NCBI GenBank assembly: GCA_973895155.1
Contig: OZ316893.1
Span: 1,302,860 to 1,366,859 of the forward strand
Source: Marsupella aquatica
Taxonomy: Eukaryota > Plantae > Marchantiophyta
DNA length: 64,000 bases
Direction: 5' to 3'
Both the position numbers and the translations under genes were made by a program. Each line of letters opens with the position of its first letter. Position 1 is the stretch's first letter. Shown in pieces: positions 59,701 to 64,000 of this stretch. Under the pieces are notes generated by a model. The model did not search any database, was not told the DNA's origin, and saw only the letters and a list, made by a program, of their open reading frames with translations.

Positions 59701-62700
59701 ATCAGTCCTTATCGATCTTGTCAATGTCCTTATCGATTCTCTTTGCTTCTCCTTCTTTCTGCTCGATCTATTTGTTTCTGATTAAGATGTGCTGCGCCTC
59801 TTTATTTCTGTCCTCGATCAGTTCTCATTTTTGCTTTCTTCATTCGGCTTCTGATCTTTTTTGATTTTGTTTCTCCAACATTCCTCTTTACTTTGCACTT
59901 CAAGAGGCGAAACTCCTTTCAAGCTTTCGTCTTTTCATTACTTTCATCAAAAGCCTTCCTCCCTTTCGAAATGTTGATGTGCTTCTTTTGTTCTGACGGT
60001 TTTATTTCGGCAGTTACATAGGAATACGGTTACTTTTTACGTTGAACACTATTTACTTTTATAAAAAAACATTTATAAATTTAAGTAAAGAGAATATAGG
60101 TGAATGTTTTTAATCTCGTCCTTTGTATCAATAGATTTGGATGAATTACTTTTAAGTATTTTTACATTATGTTTTGACGGCACGGCGTCCATAAAATTAC
60201 ACAAAAATTGACGTAAACAAGATGGAGAGGAGGTTATTCGTTGCGCAAACATGACCATTCTTGTTTGTTGCGGTTGTTGCTGATGTGGCACGCTGTGGTG
60301 CCAGGAATTTTGGAAGGAACCTCTAGTGGGGTCCGTAAATAGCACATAAGTTGATCCAAGCAACTACACTATAGTCACCACCATATTTCACTATAGTCAC
60401 CATTTGCAATTGGAACTTGTCATGTGATTCATTGATCTTTCTTAATTTATGGTGAATTTATGTGCAATTTATTTTTAAAATAATAAATATCAATGTTATC
60501 ACATGACAAGTTTCAATTTTGAAAATCATATATTTTCAAGATATATACCCTTACTACGATCAAATGTATTCAATCTCAACCATAGCAATGCATTGCAACT
60601 TTACTCATGCATCCACCATACCTATCACCATAATATATACCTCAGTTAAACACATGCATGTTAAAAACATTGTTTATAAATGTCAAAGATGAACATTGAG
60701 AAGTAAATAAATGCCCCTAAATATAAAGTAGGTTTAGGATTTACCTCATGCGTTTACAAGGTGCCTAAGAGGAGCCTTGTTTGTGCATGCTTTCTTGCCT
60801 CAATTTGGTTTTCTCACTAAGTCAAGAAGACAATTGACTGTGGGCAATGTGAGTGAGCAGCAACAATACCTAGGAATTGCCAGTGAGTTTTGAGAATTGT
60901 AAAAGATTGTTTCCAAAATCTAGAATTAAAATAATGTAATTCAAAATTTAATAATATTGCCAAGGTTGTACATTGAAAAGCTTCTTTTTTGTTGCCAACA
61001 TTGTCATGTAATGATTTATCATTTTACATGTTTAAAGACATCCATGGAAGTTTATGTTGGTGTCTTAAGTATGTTATCTGCTAATCTTATTTACTTAATA
61101 TGTAATATGGATGACATAGAAGTAGATTCGTCATATTAGTAGATATGACTGTTAAGTCAGCGTCATTTATTTAGCCTAGGTAGGCTTGGAATGAAGCCAC
61201 AAAGTGTTGTTAGCCTAGGCTTCTAGGTTATTATTAACTTTATTCTGGGTTTTACTGATACAACCTAACGGATGTCTGTTTAGCTTAGAAGTTTGATTAA
61301 TGTTAATCCAGGTTTTATTGATACAATCTAACAAATGTTTGTTCAGTATAACACAAAGTCTAATTGCTGGTCTACCATCATTGTGATAAATTCATCTTTA
61401 AATCCATGTTTGCCAAACCATTTCATTCCAATGATTAAATTATACAAGACGTGCAACCTTTCACTTTATCATCCGGCTCAAGTCTGCCTACTCATTGCCT
61501 TTTACATTTTTTTATTAGAGTTAGATAGAAAGGTAGCTCAGGGGGTCACTATATGGAGTATCATACATTACGTGCAGCGTTTTAGGGTTTGACTCTCAAC
61601 TTATAAGTGAATTGTTTTTTGCAACACCATTTTTCTTCACATTTAGCCATTTGTAACCTAAAAACCCCCCAAAAAAATTAAGAAAACATTTTACAATTAA
61701 ATAGGCTGGTTTGTTCTTTAAAGCCAAACAATCAATAAAACATGCCCTATTTGTTCTTGGAGAAAATTGTAGAAGTCTTTTGCCACAATCATTTAAATGG
61801 GCCTATACATCATCGGATGTGATGTGCTAATTCCGTTGAACTGACACCCTCGAGATAGGTAGGGCACTTTTTAAAAGTAAATTGTTGCTGAGTAAAATTT
61901 TAACTTGCAAATCTTGTTTTCTTTAGCGAGTCAATGAGTTACTGGAAAATTGGTGTGCAATAAAGTCCTAATTTGTGGTGTGAACTTGTGTTTGGGAGCC
62001 TATTGAGTTTACTTTGTCTTATTGAGATTTTTGATATATATTTTTGTTTCACTTTATTTTAGACAAGGTGTATCCTTTCTCTATTTGGACTTTGAAACTA
62101 TTTTTAACCATCTCTTGATGTTTTATTTTTATTTTTAGACCTCTATTTTAGGTCTATATTTATTTTTTGATCTTGCCCATCCTTTGTTATGAATTGACTA
62201 TTTTAATCCCTACATTCAAGTTAAATTAAATTGACTTTTGTTATACATTATGGATACCTAGAAAGTAGACCATAAGTTATATATTACTAAGAGTGTGATG
62301 GAATCCAAGGGGTGTCATAAACAAACATGTGACCCCCTCCCCTCTTAACTACAACTCAAAGATCTGTTTCCTAAGTTTATGGTTTTGAGTGACTTACATG
62401 TTGCTAATCTGAGTCATTATGAGAAAAAACCGTTGTCACTAAATTTTTTCTATGTATCACAATGCCAGTGTTCTTGGTTATGGGTTTAGAAAATTAACCT
62501 TGGTTAGCTCTTTCACATCCAATGCCTGTCATTGCACCTAGCCTTGCAATTGGGCGGCTCCGGTCTCCTTCAATGTGACTTTGACCACCCGCAATAAGAC
62601 AAATATAGAGGTTGTGTGCAAGGACAGGTTGGCCCTAGACAAAGGCTATGCGTAGACTGGGAGGACTGGATCACCCGACCCACCCCTTGGTGAACTGATC

Positions 62701-63127
62701 CAAGCATGGTCAAAGTCATGTTGAGGATACTTGGGCCGTCCAATCGCAAAATTGGGTCTAATGACAACCATTCAATATGAAAGAGCTAACTTGGGCTAGC
62801 CTTCTTAACCTATAAACAAGAGCAATGGCATAAAAATCAAGGGCAAGGTATATATTATGCCAAAAAAGAGTGGCAATCTAGGAAATTAGAGTTCTTATGA
62901 AAGGATTCACAATTATTTAGAAGCTAATTAAATAGTTGTCCACTAGAGAAATAGCACGTGGGAATAAAAGTGGGGCCAAACACTTTGTAAAGGAATAAGC
63001 ATTGAGGCACAAGCACCAAGTCACCCAAAACCAATTTTTTTTTGCTTACTAAAAAATTCATCGAAACTCTAATATATAAGGAATGATTAATTGTTCTTCT
63101 CAAGATGGGAATCCTTTCGAGCAGAAA

Positions 63128-63142
63128 CACTACAAGACAAAC
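63128..63142 (+). mobile_element. Possible left terminus of another CACTA element
   Basis: CACTACAAGACAAAC resembles the classic CACTACAAGAAAA TIR. No partner end lies in the window. Confidence 0.3.
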
Positions 63143-64000
63143 TATTTAACTTTCTTTTGGGATCCTTACACTTTCAGGTATCTTGAAAAACAATTGTTTC
63201 TTTACCTAGATACAATAGTCCTAACAACTTGATATTACCATTTGGAGAACAGTGCTTAAAGTTGGACCAACCCTAACAAACAGAACTAACAACCACAAAG
63301 GGTATTAACTAATTAGCTTCGATCAACCGCAAGGGTAGATGTAGTACTGTATTGTACAGTAGCATGTGCACCATTTGTTCTTGCCGTCCCTGGCCCTGAT
63401 GCACTGAATGTCCCTTCATGGCAGCTAATTGCCACCAGTCCCAAAATGATCTGGCCCCATGGGAGCCAAGCCTCGCCAAGGCCCCAGCGAATATCAGGAA
63501 AGACCAGGCCATCGCGGGTGGGCATGGAAGTACTGTAGTAGGCGATAGTTACCAGCTATGACGGGGGAAGCCTTGGTAGCACTGTGGTACTAGCTTTGCA
63601 GTTGTAAAAACCAGACAAGGCACACTGCCATGCCTAGGAAGAAGGCAGGTGGGTTTGCAATGAACGACAAGTCCTGCGATAAGTGTCGCGAGCTTGCTGC
63701 GGCTTTGGGCTTCAAGAGTGTGAGAGGGTACATTCTACTCTTCTTCCTCAGTGCATCCATGGAAGAAGCCAAGGCCTTGCATTCACTTAATCTTCCACTC
63801 TTACATGGTCACTGTCAATCTCTAAAACCTGGATCTATAAATGATGGTACAATTATTGGTGCTACAGTGCCCTTGGCTGAGATGAATGTATCAAGTAAGT
63901 GGGCTTTGGTGTTTCTAGCTTTTATATAGCCAGTGGCGGTTTAATGCCCTTTGTATTATGAAACCGCTCCTCTATTCTTATTGTGTTATGGCTCACAATG

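Noticed and set aside
1-64000. tRNA or rRNA genes
   Set aside because: No cloverleaf or rRNA signature recognised by eye; a tRNAscan-SE/Infernal run would be needed to exclude them.

Overview
Eukaryotic land-plant DNA, probably a bryophyte or liverwort (inferred from gene and TE styles, not proven). The only intact host gene I can support is a two-exon BES1/BZR1 transcription factor (3085-4601, +). The rest is largely a transposon graveyard: a multi-exon coclaurine N-methyltransferase-like pseudogene (about 20.2-22.6 kb, -), a 5'-truncated L1-type LINE interrupted by a small MITE, a complete non-autonomous CACTA element (27356-30126, CAA TSD), a decayed Helitron2/Helentron-type RepHel with a spliced accessory gene, and scrambled chromovirus fragments. 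The standout is a precisely bounded 11.3-kb hAT transposon (33208-44513; CCCGGTTT TIRs; perfect 8-bp GTTGATTG TSD). Besides its BED/DUF659 transposase it carries a convergent, apparently intronless cargo arm encoding a protein kinase and a coiled-coil RING-H2 protein. It also has an inverted-duplicated three-motif module upstream of both arms and an approximately 257-nt fold-back hairpin between them. All calls come from reading the sequence and the ORF track; no database searches were run.
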